Assembly: GCA_000708835.1 (NCBI GenBank)
Contig: DF236951.1
Location: 434,101-498,100, forward strand
DNA: 64,000 nt
From: Klebsormidium nitens
Lineage: Eukaryota > Plantae > Klebsormidiophyceae
Direction: 5' to 3'
The translations under genes were made by a program, and so were the position numbers. Positions within the stretch are counted from its first letter, which is position 1; the number at the start of each line of letters is the position of its first letter. The notes under the pieces were generated by a model. The model was not told where the DNA came from. It was given only the letters and a program-made list of their open reading frames with translations, and did no database searches. Shown one piece after another: positions 47,019-59,000 of this stretch.

Positions 47019-50000
47019 CTGCAATGTGCACCGTTGGATTGCGTTCAAAGAAAAGCAGGTTCAAATAGTCCACATTTAAGTGACCGTTCCCACCAGGGGC
47101 GATGACAGTCCCTTGCTGGATCGGCACCGTTTTACTGAGGTCAGCTTACTGTGCATACTATCGAAACCACTTCAAATTTCTCAGCGTCGCGTTTTACCGA
47201 GTGTTGTCACTGTCATGACGCCTCCGCTGCTAGCAGACAGTCGCCAGGAAACTTCGAAAGAGCATCTGCGGAACTCCGACCATTCAGAACGCGAATTTCT
47301 GACATGGGCAAAGAAGTGACTGGGTGATAGGCTGGACGTGTACGGGTACCGCACCCCGCTGGATTTGAAGTTAGCACGTTAGTCCCGTAACCCAGAATTA
47401 CTGAGTGGAGCCACACCTTAGAACAAGGCCAACCACTTACCGATGTTGCCGCTGTTCTCCTCAGTGCAGCAGAAACCGGTGGGGCAGTCACTGGCATACC
47501 GGCAGTTGCAATCACCGGTGTTTGCTGCGCAGTCTCCCAGCGGACAGCGCATGCTCTTGCCAGCGGGGCAGCTCGCGCCGTTGAAGTCGTAGTTACAGTC
47601 CTGACACACTTGTGTCCCGTTTGCCAGGACGGGCGTACTGGTGCAGACGCCTGCATCGACAAGTCTCTCATTTAGGCCGGTGTTGTATCAGACCGCTCCC
47701 CAAGGCTGAAAGCAACTCAAGCACGAAACCCGAACTCAAAATGCTCCGCACCGTGCCCACTATAGAACCCCAAATCAAACGACCCCAACCGTCCCCAAGG
47801 CACTGATCCCACTTAATACAGTCGAAAGTCAACGTAGAATTGATACTACGTTGCCTGCATTTAAGGGCGCAGAACCTATAATGGTGATCCGTACCAACTC
47901 AGCATTTAGCAATCATATCATTGCGGGATCTAAAATTCAAATAATGAGCTTTTATCCTACCTCCCTGAGGAGCTGTTGGGACGAAACATGCTAAATCGCC
48001 GAGAGAAAGCGATAGCAGTTTCCATTATATTGCGGGCCAGTCTCGATGGTCTTGAAGGGCCCTCCTAAGATTCTCGGTTTGTACACTGAGTAAACGATTT
48101 GAAAGTTGCTTATCCCAAAATGGGGCCCCAAAATATCAATTCCAAAACGCAGTTAAACATCGAAGGGAGCGCAAGAGCTGGAGGGCTGGCACCCTACCAA
48201 AGTCGCCGGTTCCCCGGGCCGTGCAACAATAGCCGGGGCGACAGTCTCCATTATACTGACACTTGCAAGCGCCATCACTCGTGGCGCAGTCCCCAAAACC
48301 GTAATCGCAGCACACCGGCTTGGATGCCGGGCAAGCGGCGCCGTTGAAGTCGTAGCAGGCCGGACAGATTTGCGTCCCGTTGGTAAGGACGGGCGTGTTT
48401 GTGCAGACGCCTGCATCAGCGTCTGGGCTCATGAGCCTTTCGAGGTAAGCACACGCCAGTATCGGATGCGTTCCAAAGTGCGCATTCGACCAAGACTCCG
48501 GTTTGATTCTGCAATGGGCCGCCGATCCGACTCGTCTACAAAAGATGTTTTCTTTGGCAATCAAACATCTTGTATCGAGACAGCTTAATTCTACCCAGAT
48601 TCCAATCTGGCAAAATCGACCGTCCCTGCTTGGAGGCTCGATCCCTTTCTCTTGAGGGGCTGATGCAAGACATAAGGGAAACTTCGAGAGAGTCGCTAGA
48701 GTCCCAGTCATTTGATTGCACGCCAGCCTCGTTGGTAGTGAAAGGCGCTTCTAAACCCTTTCAGCCTTTTCTTCAGCAAGCGTCCAGAAAGATCGAAGCC
48801 CAAGATTTCACAACTATGTTCAAACATCTGAGGTCCGGATGGATTGCCTACCGAATTTGTCGCTGTATTCCTCAGTGCAGCAGTAGCCGGAGGGGCAGTC
48901 AGCGGCCCAATAGCACTTGCACGCGCTCTTACTGGCGGCGCACTCCCCGTAACCGGGGCAGCACACCGGCTTGGATGCGGGGCAAGCGGCGCCGTTGAAG
49001 TACTTGCAGGTTGGACAGACTTGCGTTCCATTCGTAAGGACGGGCGTGTTTGTGCAGACGCCTGCATGCATCAGCAGCTAGGATCATGAATCTTTTAAGA
49101 TAACCATCCAACAATGTTCGGAGCGTTTTGAACGCGCGCGTCGACTTAATTGATGTTTGTAACATCCGGAATGGGCTCCGAAAATGACTCGTTCAAGAAA
49201 GAGACTGCTCCCGGGTAATCCAATATAGTCAGCCTGGTCAACTCAGTCAGTCCTTTGTCAGTCAGTTTGGCAAAAGCATCATCCGCCGTGCTCAAGGAGG
49301 CTTGGCTCTGTCCTTTGAGGGGCTGATGCTGGACAGAAGCTGGTTGAAGGAGAGTAGCGAAGAGGTTTCATGTGATTGCACAGTAATTCGTTTGGTCGTG
49401 AAGGGCGCTTCTGAAACCTCTCCGGCTTTGGAAATGATCAGCATGCAACCGAAAGTACACGAACCCACCGTTCCAATATGAAGCGCTAGAGGCCAACTAA
49501 CCTTGCCTTGTTCAAAGGGCTAAACCCAAAAGAAAAGAAGCGCACAAGGATGGACTACCCACCAAAGTTGCCGCTATCTTCCTCCGTGCAGCAGTAGCCG
49601 GAGGGGCAATCACCAGCCGACTGGCACTTGCAAGCGCTCTTACTGGCAGCTTCCCCATAACCGGGACAACAAACCGGTTTGGATGTGGGGCACGCGGCGC
49701 CGTGGAAGTCGTAGCACGTTGGACAAACTTGCGTCCCGTTGGTAAGGACGGGCGTGTTTGTACAGACGCCTGCATCAGCGGTTGGGCTTCGAGGTAAGCA
49801 GACAAAACTGTTTGGTGCGATTCAAATGTGCGCGGGCAACCCGGGTTAAACCTCTGACGTTTGCCAAAGGGCCCCTGAAAACGACTCGTTCGAGTCAAGC
49901 GTTCTCCTAGGTGTTCCAACCTGGCTAACGAACCGTTTTGATCGCTCTATCAATCAAAGTTGGCATAAGCATCCGGGTTGTTGTTTGTCTCCTAAGGCGC

Positions 50001-53000
50001 TGATTTGGACACATCTAAGTGCGCGCCAGCGTCGCCTGGTGTGAAGGGCGCTTACAAACTCAGTGCTACCAGGATACACGAAGTGGCTTTCAAGTACGAG
50101 GCCCTAGAGTCCCACAGCCTTGTTCGAGAAGCTAAGACCGGAATAAAAGAAGCGCAAGAGGATGGGTTGCCTACCAAAGTTGTCGCTATACTCCTCAGTG
50201 CAGCAGAACCCGGAGGGGCAGTCAGTGGGCGACTTGCACTTGCACGCGCTCGTACTGGCAGCGCATTCCCCGAAACCGGAGCTGCAGCACACCGGCTTGG
50301 ATGCGGGGCAAGCGGCGCCATTGAAGTCGCCGCAGGTTGGACAGACCTGCGTCCCATTGCTGAGGACGGGCGTGTTTGTGCAGACGCCTGCATCAGCGGT
50401 TGGCTCATGAAGCTTCTGAAGTATCAGTGAAAGTGTTTGGTATGTTTGAATGTTCGCAGGCAACCTTATTGAGCTGACAAACGTCTGGCAGTGGGCTTTG
50501 AAAACGGCTCGTCCGAAAAGAACAATTCCTACCGTAGGTGTTTCAACCAGGTCAGCATCTAAATTGCGCGCCAGACGGTCAATCAAATGGCCGTGAAAGG
50601 GGCTTGTGAACTCCCACCACTTTTGAATCATCAGATAAGCTAAGACACAGAACTTGACACGGCTATCCAATATGAGCCCCCCGGATCCCACAGCTTTCTT
50701 TGAAAGGCTGAAACGGAAGTAAGGAACGCCGGAGGTCACTTCTTTCTTCAAAGCCCCCGGAAGAAGTTGGCAAACTCCAAACATATTTCTTCACGAACAG
50801 ACTCCTGGACCCCCACAATGACCCACAACGATGAAGATTGCTTTCATGCGAAGGATTCTTGTAACCTTGATCTGATGAGAAGGTAAGTGTGCCAAATGAA
50901 CTGCGGAATTTTGCAAGCGTGGTCTTTTCTGATCCACCCCAAATGTACTCTGAAATTAGTTTCCTTGAGTTTCGATTTCGGTGTCTAGTAATCTCTTGAA
51001 CATTGTCCTGCCGTTCGTAGGTACCTGTTACAACACGCCGATCCTCGCAAACGGCACACAGATCTGCCCGGAATGGAGAAGAGAACGGGACCCGAGAATA
51101 CGAGTTTCGCGCAATTGGGCCGCCGATGATCACAAGTTTTTGGTCTACAAGGTCATCAGCATGTTCGGCAGCATTTTCGGCAGGCCAGCCAGACTCAAAG
51201 CTCTTCGAAGCCAGAAACTTGAAGTACGTTTGGCATTTAACGGGGGTGTAATCTAACTCACCAGGCGTGTTATCGTACTCGTGGCTGCAGCAGTACTTTG
51301 ACGGGCAGTCACCGGCGTAGGAACAGGGGCAGGAGGGTGCCGACTCGACGCACTGCCCCAATGCGCAGCACGCTGGTTTGTTGGCGGGGCAAGTCAGCAC
51401 ATCCCAATAGTTGCAGTCCGGACAGACCTGATTGCCACTGCTGTTGAAGGGGTTGTTTGTGCACTTCCCTGGAAGGACACGCTTCTCTTAGAACTGGCAT
51501 GTCGGACCGAGCCCAAGACAATGCAAGTAAGGAGACTCGTATGAAAGCAGTGTCGATTGTTCGAAGACACCACCTCAAGGGGGAAAACGACAAGTCTGGA
51601 ATCATACACGAAGCCCTTTGAGGCTTGGATCTGGGTGGACTGGTCTGTTGTTGGTGCGTTCATAACGAAAATCTGATAGTGCGCACACAAGACGTTGTCG
51701 TAGCACCCATCCATAGCGTTTTCTTGAGATAGCAGCTTAGGATTGCAGGTCACTGTATGCTTGGAACAAACGGCAACCATGTTTACTCGTAGAGTATACC
51801 AGGATTGGGTTCCATCCTTTCAAGTTTGATTGGCGGCACTGAGTTGCAAGTACGGATCCAAAGTGTACAAAAGGACAACCAGACACCCACTTGCAAACGC
51901 AGCTTGACCGTCGCGTCATCAAGTTGATGGCTCAACACAATCACAACCGACATTCAAATCTTACTTCTGATCGGACTCGCCGGACTTAATCCACATTACA
52001 ACGACCCACCTGTTTTGCCGGAATACTCTTCCGTGCAACAAAAGCCGGAGGGGCATTCGTAAGAAAATCGGCAGGTGCACCCGGCGTTGTTTGCCGCGCA
52101 CAGCCCGCTTGGACAGCACACCTTCTTGCTAGCCGGGCAGCTGAGCCCGTTGAACTGGTTGCAATTTGGGCACTCCGTTGCTGAAGAAGCCCGTGCTCGA
52201 GCAGTATCCTGGACAAGAAAGTCGGATGTTAATTGCGCGCATGACAACCAGATACAAATTGTGAGGAACCCTGGAGTCCCAGTTCGCGCACAGAGGGAGT
52301 GCTAAGGGCTCTTATATCTTGCACGCATTATAGCAATTGAGCAGAGTAGGTTTTCATCTTCTAAGGAGGAAACTTCGAAAGTAGCGATTTCGTTGACCAC
52401 GGGTATGTTACGTTTTTCCGATAAGAACCGAGGACAACGACGCACTTTAGAAACGTCGTGACGGTGCCTTTCTTCAGCTGAAGGAATAGTACGCTCCTCC
52501 TCAAGCAGAGCTGATTACGCATACAAACACAATCAGGATGATGGCCAAGGATACAAGTTCTTGCGGCAAAGGGGCGGCTTTGGCTTAGTACGGACAAACT
52601 GAGCGGACAAGGAGCGTAGAAAGGAGTCCGTCCATTCTAGTATAACGTGGCTACTCGACCTTGCTTGAAATGACACGAACAGACACCTCTACACCTTGAT
52701 AGACATGTCAAGCCTAGGCCGAATTCCCTCCAATATATGCAGATGACTCCCGTAAGAGACGCTCACCGAGTTTGCCACTATTTTGTTCGGTGCAGCAACC
52801 TTTGTTCACGCCGCAGTCCGAGGACGATCTGCACCTCTTCAAAGGAGGTGGAGGTGGGGCCTGGCGCGCGGGGGGGGGATTTGGGGTATGGAGAACCGCG
52901 GGTGGAGGATTCAGCTGGGGGGGTGGTGGGGAGTTTTTGATTGAAACTGGTGGGGGAGGCACGGGGCTCCGAGGTGGTGGGCGCCGAATAGAAGGGGGCG

Positions 53001-56000
53001 GGTTTGCTTTGACGGGTGGAGGTTGTGTGAGCACTGCTTTTGGCGGGGGGAGAACGCTGCGCGGGGGAGGGTTCAGCAGTGGGGGCGGGCTTTTGGTTTG
53101 GGGAGGCGGGTTTGCTTTGACGGGCGGAGGTTGTGTGAGCGCGGCTTTTGGCGGAGGAGGGGCGCCGCGGGGGGGAGGGTTGAGCGGCGGGGTGGGGTTT
53201 ATAATCTTGCTTGGCGGGCTAGCTTGCGGTGGGGGAGGTTGAGAGAGCGCGATTTTGGGAGGAGGGGGACCGCTTAGAGGGGGAGGATTGCGAGGTGGGG
53301 GTGGGTTTTTAGACGGTGTTGGGGGAGAGGAAGAAGGCACGGGGCTCAAAGGGGGGGCCATTGTCGGACTGTTCGTGCACTTCCCTGCGTTCACACCATT
53401 GACATCTCAGTTGAAGCAAGACAAAGTACCAACCGTGAGGACTTATTTTTCCAAGGCGATGCTGACTTTTGATTTAACACCGTTTCAAGTAATCGAATCA
53501 CTTTGCATAGAGTCACGAGCACTCCGTTCCTTGAGTTGCATCTTACTGAGACTTTTCCTATCATAAGCCTTCCCTGATGGCAAAAACGAACAGCGGGAGA
53601 ATCCAGCTTTGATGCAATCTGGAATGCGTTTTTAACGAGGATGGAAAATGTAATTAGGCGGTCAACCGGGACGGTACGGGTATCCGCAACCGTTTGGCTT
53701 TCAAGTCGGCGAGTTCCAGTATTCCAGCAACTCCAGAAATTGCTCGCAGAAGCCACACCTGATGACACGGCCATTCGCTTACCGATGTTGCCGCTGTTCT
53801 CCTCAGTGCAGAAAAAACTGGGCGGGCAGTCACTGGCATAGCGACAGTTGCAGCCGCTGGTGTTTGCCGCGCAGTCTCCCAACGGACAGCACATGCTCTT
53901 GCCAGCGGGGCAGCTCGTGTAGATGCAATCATGACACACTTGTGTCCCGTTTGCCAGGACGGGCGTGTTGGTGCAGACGCCTGCATAAAACAATCTCTCG
54001 ATTAGGCCTGTTTTGAGATAGATTGGTCCCCCGGGCTGAAACAACTCAAGCACAAAACCGGGATTTGAGATGCCCCGCACCGTACCCACTATAGAACCCC
54101 AAGTCAATTAACCCCAACCGTCCCCGAGGCACTAATTCAATTCAATTCAGCCGAGAGCCCCTGAGCTCGTAGAATTGATACAACGTTGCCTGCATGAAAG
54201 GGCGCTAAACCTAATCTGGTTGATCCGCAATCAATCTTATCAGTAGGGGATCTGAACTTTTGAGTAACGAGCTTTCAATCCTTCCTCCCGGAGGCGCTGC
54301 TAGGACGAAACGAAACATGCGGAATAGCTAAAGAAAGCGGCTGCAGTCCCGTCGAATTGCGGGCCAGTCTCAATGGGCTTGAAAGGCCCTCCTAAGATGC
54401 TTCGTTTGTACAATCAGTCAGCGATTGGAAAGAGGCCTACTCACTCTGGAGCCCGAGAATCTTAGCTTTGAGCAACTGAAAATGAAAGGGAGCGCAAGAG
54501 AGTTGGCAGCCTACCAAAGTCGCCGTCCCCAAGGGCCGTGCAACAGTAGCCGGGGGACAGTCTCCGCCATACTGGCACTTGCAAGCGCTGTCACTTGTGG
54601 CGCAGTCCCCGAAACCGTACTTGCAGCACACCGCCTTGGATGAGGGGCAAGCAGCACCATTGAAAGTAGCAGAGTAGCAGGCCGGACAGACTTGCGTGCC
54701 GTTGGTAAGGACGGGCGTGTCTGTGCAGACGCCTGCACCAGTGGCTACGCTCGATCATGAATCTTGTGGATTGAGCACACGACATGCTCGATGCGTTTTG
54801 AACGTGCGCAACCATCCAGACTCGGCCAGCTCCATAAGTTAACTGCCACAACGGCGCAAGTAGCCGACTCGTCTACGAAGGTTTTCTTTTTCGCCTCATC
54901 TCGTATTGGGTTCGCCTATTACTATCAAGAATCCAATTTTGCAAAATTATCCTGCCCTGCTTGGAGGCTCGATTCTTCCCTCTTGAGGCGCGCCCTAATG
55001 CTGGACTGCTTTAACGAAAATTCAGGAAGAGATACTATCTAGAGTCTAAAGCATCTGATTGCGCGCCAGCCTAATTGCTAGTGATTAAGGGCGCCTTCAC
55101 ACCCTCTCAGCCTTCGCACTCCGCATGCGATCAGAAACATCAAAATTCATCTTACAGAAAGAAGACTCCGAATCCCAGAACCATGTTCAAAATTTCAAAA
55201 GTTTGAATAAAAGGAGCGCAAGAGGATTTGTTGCCTACCAAAGTTGCCGCTTTGTTCTTCTGTGCAACAGGAGCCGGAGGGGCAGTCACTGGCCGAATAG
55301 CACTTGAATGCGCTCTTACTGGGCGCAGCACACTCCCCATAAGCGGAGCAGCACACCGGCTTGGATGCGGGGCAAGCGGCACCGTTAAGGTCGGTGCAAA
55401 ACGGACAGATTTGGGCTCCGGTGCCAGGGTCGACGGGCGATTGGGTGCATTTGCCTGTGAAAAGGAACACTCCGTTTCGCAAAACTCTTGACGGTTCCAC
55501 TTTTAGCAAATGGCCTGCGCTGCAGGCGCCTGATGGCTTGCAATGAACCAGTTCATCTGAAACGGCCAGTATAAATGTCCAAACGTGCAATCCAACGTGG
55601 TAGGAGTACTGATCAGTACTGAATCCTATCGCAACATTCAGTATTCGATGGCGCGTCAAAACGGACGGAACAACGCGAACTCCGTTTATTTTCCCCCTTA
55701 AGAACGAGGACGTGCTCAATGATCATCGGCCTAAGTGCGCTAACCGGACGGAGATCGAGATCCGGCGATCCTGTTGGGCAGGAGGCAAAAATGGCGCTAA
55801 ACGTCTGAGATCTTAAGCATTCCTCTTATTTTTCCTTTCGTCAAGCTACTTCGCCGCAGACAGATTCTTACATAAAATGCAGAGGATCATCGGCCTTCAG
55901 TTTGAAGGTCAACTCCATGGTCCAATTCAATCTTTCGAACATGCCCTGATTATGGAAGCTTCAAACGGTATTCACATCTCAACATCTTCTAAACTCCAAT

Positions 56001-59000
56001 AACCAGGTAAAAATGGTGTCACTATAAGATAGAACTCTGTTTACCATCATCCACACATTTGCAACAGACTTTGTGAGCACGCCAAAAACTTACCAAGCTG
56101 GCCACTCCCCTCCTCGGTGCAGCAATACCCAGACGGACAGTCGAATGCGTACTTACACCCACAATCTGTGGGGCTCTTGGCGCAGTCTCCCAACAACGGG
56201 CAGCACGTTGGCTTGGATGTCGGGCACTTGAGACCGTTTAGGTCCTTGCAGTCTGGGCAGATCTGTGTGCCGTTTGCGAGGATCGGCATGTTGTAACAGG
56301 AACCTACGAACGGCCAATAACAAAAATCAAACAAAAATCATTGCCCGGGTCTCGTTGGTTTTTGTTTCCTGTCTGCAGGGTCTTGAAGCATGTAGAAGGC
56401 AGTCTTACCAAGCATGCCCAAACAAAAAGCAGAGGAGAGCGAGCAGTCACTAGCCAAAAAGGTTCGGAACTTGCACTGAGGATGAACAAACGACAGATGG
56501 CGGCTCGAATCCAGACTCAAGTTTGTACATTTGAAGAGAACAGGTAAAGTACGCTCGAATAACGAGTCCCAAGTTTTGACCACAGATACCTCCTGCACGA
56601 TTCTGGGTTGGCCAAGAAAAAATTGCTTAGTGGGATCCTTGAGCTCTTTCTGGCTATCTAGAAACATCTACCTATTGAGTAACAACTTCATCGTGCCAAA
56701 AAGGTTCGACAGTCCGCAAGACAAGCAACCAGGACAAGTGCAGCAGAGTCGGTCCTACAGATGCTACGGATGATATAGACGAAGAAGAGAGAAGTGGACG
56801 CTTGAATCGTTAGTACCGTGAGTACTGCCATTTGGGTTTGAGTCACCTCCGAGTCACCAAATCTACACAACACCTTGTCCGAGCTTAATCGCATCCTTTG
56901 CGGGGCGCCCCTATAGCAGGTCATCAAGACATCAAAGTTGTCCATAGCGAGAAATGTGAAGGACGTTTGGCAATCGAAGGGGGTGTACTTAAGCTCACCC
57001 AGCATGTTATCCGACTCGGAACTGCAGCAATAGTTTGAAGGGCAATCACCGGCGTAAGAACACGGGCAAGAGGGTGCCGACTCAACGCAGTGCCCCGTTG
57101 CGCAGCACGCTGGTTTGTTGGCGGGGCAACTTAGCACATCCCAATAGTTGCAGTTTGGACACACCTGCTTGCCGCTGCTGTCGAAGGGGGCGTTCGTGCA
57201 CTTTCCTGCAAGGATGGTTTTGCGTTTTTAAAAAACCACGTTGAGATTATGGAAACGTATTCCAGAAAGGAAAGCCAAATGAGGATGTTGTTGATGGACG
57301 GATTAGACACCAATCCAAGGGGGTTGACAACAGTCAGGGACTCCTGAGTGACGACCTTCGAGGAAGCATAATGAATGGGAAAGCTTGAATTTGGGGTTCT
57401 AATATATCGGTGCGTCTCAAGCGGATTGCTGATAATGCTCAAGCGCAACTACGTTGTCGTAGCACCCATCCGCAGAGTTTTCTTGAAGCCAACAGCTTTT
57501 GTATGCAAATCGTGTGAGCTTCCAAAGCATCGACAGGGATTCTCGGCAACCCATTCTACCCCGTGAAGTGCATCAAGATCGTGTCTCGTCCCTTGATCGG
57601 ACTACAGGAAAGGTCCAAAGTGTATAAGGGACATTCAGACACCCAGCCCGACCATCACGTCATCAAGTCGATGGCTCTACCAGTCAGAAGCGGACCTTCA
57701 TTCTCACTTCTGATCGAACTCGGACTCAACCCGACGATACAACGACCCACCTATTTTGCCGGAATACTCTTCCGTGCAGCACAAGCCGTATGGGCATTCG
57801 CCAGAATATTGACAGGTGCAGCCCGCGTTGTTTGCCGCGCAGAGCCCGCTTGGACAGCACACTTTCTTGCTGGCCGGGCAGCTGAGCCCGTTGAAGGCAT
57901 TGCAGTTCGGGCACTCCTGGGTGCCGTTGCTGAAGAAGCCCGTGCTCGAGCAGTATCCTGTAGAAGGTAGAAGAAGAGTCGAATAGCAATAGCGCACAGG
58001 GTGATGAGATACAGCAGGGTAATCAGTTCCAGCTGATAAGCAGGCCTAGGGAGTTCCGATTCCCACGCAAAGCTAGCGCTGAGCAAGAACTTGCAAAAGC
58101 ATAACAAATGAAGGAGTTGCTTTTGAACCCTTTCAAGCAGACCTTGAAAATTCTGATGCGAGGAAGTTACATCGGATCTCGACGAGACGCAGGAAACACG
58201 GACGCCCTTTGAAAGTTTGTACCGAATGCCTGGTGGCGTGTCTGACATGTCTACATCAAATCAAAACGTTCTGAATTTGAGGCTTGGAGAATAGCAAGCT
58301 TCACTCCAGGCACAGCTTTACTTTATTGCACATGCAAGTGGATTACTATATGGCTGAAGTGATAACTCCTCATCGCCACAAAAGGGGCGACCGATATCGG
58401 CTGTCTAGAATGATGTAAACAATACAGTCGGATTGAGTTGACAAAGGTGGAAAGAAGATCGTCCGTCTCTGTACAACGTGGCTATTCGGCTTCGATTCAC
58501 ATGACAACTCGAAGGCAGATATACTTCTTGATACATATGTGCAACTTCAGAAATGGTCCTTTGGAGAATATCCAAATGACCCTTGAAAGACACGCTTACC
58601 GACTTTGTCGCTACCTTGTTCGGTGCAGCAACCTTTACCCACGGGGCAATCAGCGGTGGATCTACACCGCTTAACAGGGGGTGGAGGTGGGGCCGGGAGC
58701 GATAGGAGAGGAGATGGCATAGGGGGAACATTGGGTTGGGGATTTACGGGGGGCCGTATTGGGGAGGTTCCTGCTGAAGCTGGTGAGGGAGGAACGGGGC
58801 TCTGAGATGGTGGGCGCATGATCGGAGGAGGCGGGATTGCCTGAGGGGGCGGAGATTGTGCAAGCACGGCTCTTGGAGGGGAAGGGGCGCTGCGGGGGGG
58901 AGGGTTAAGTAATGGGGGCGGGCTTTTGAACTGAGGTGGCGGGGAAGATGCAGCGACGGAACTTTGAGGCGGGGAAGCCTTCGGCGGGCTCGCTTGAATT

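Noticed and set aside
53385-53782. A second signal-peptide exon that would make block B a separate gene
   Set aside because: No ATG plus hydrophobic segment plus phase-1 donor was found; this intron is homologous to the E17-E18 intron.
52010-54732. E7 (-1) and E10 (-8) frameshifts sum to -9 and might compensate each other
   Set aside because: The shifted frame is open through E8 but hits TGA early in E9 (GGA AGT GCA CGA ACA GTC CGA CAA TGG CCC CCC CTT TGA).
46888-58000. Regularly spaced repeats with variable spacers suggesting a CRISPR-like array
   Set aside because: The repeats are ~200 nt protein-coding exons with splice sites, separated by homologous introns, in a eukaryote; no cas genes are present.
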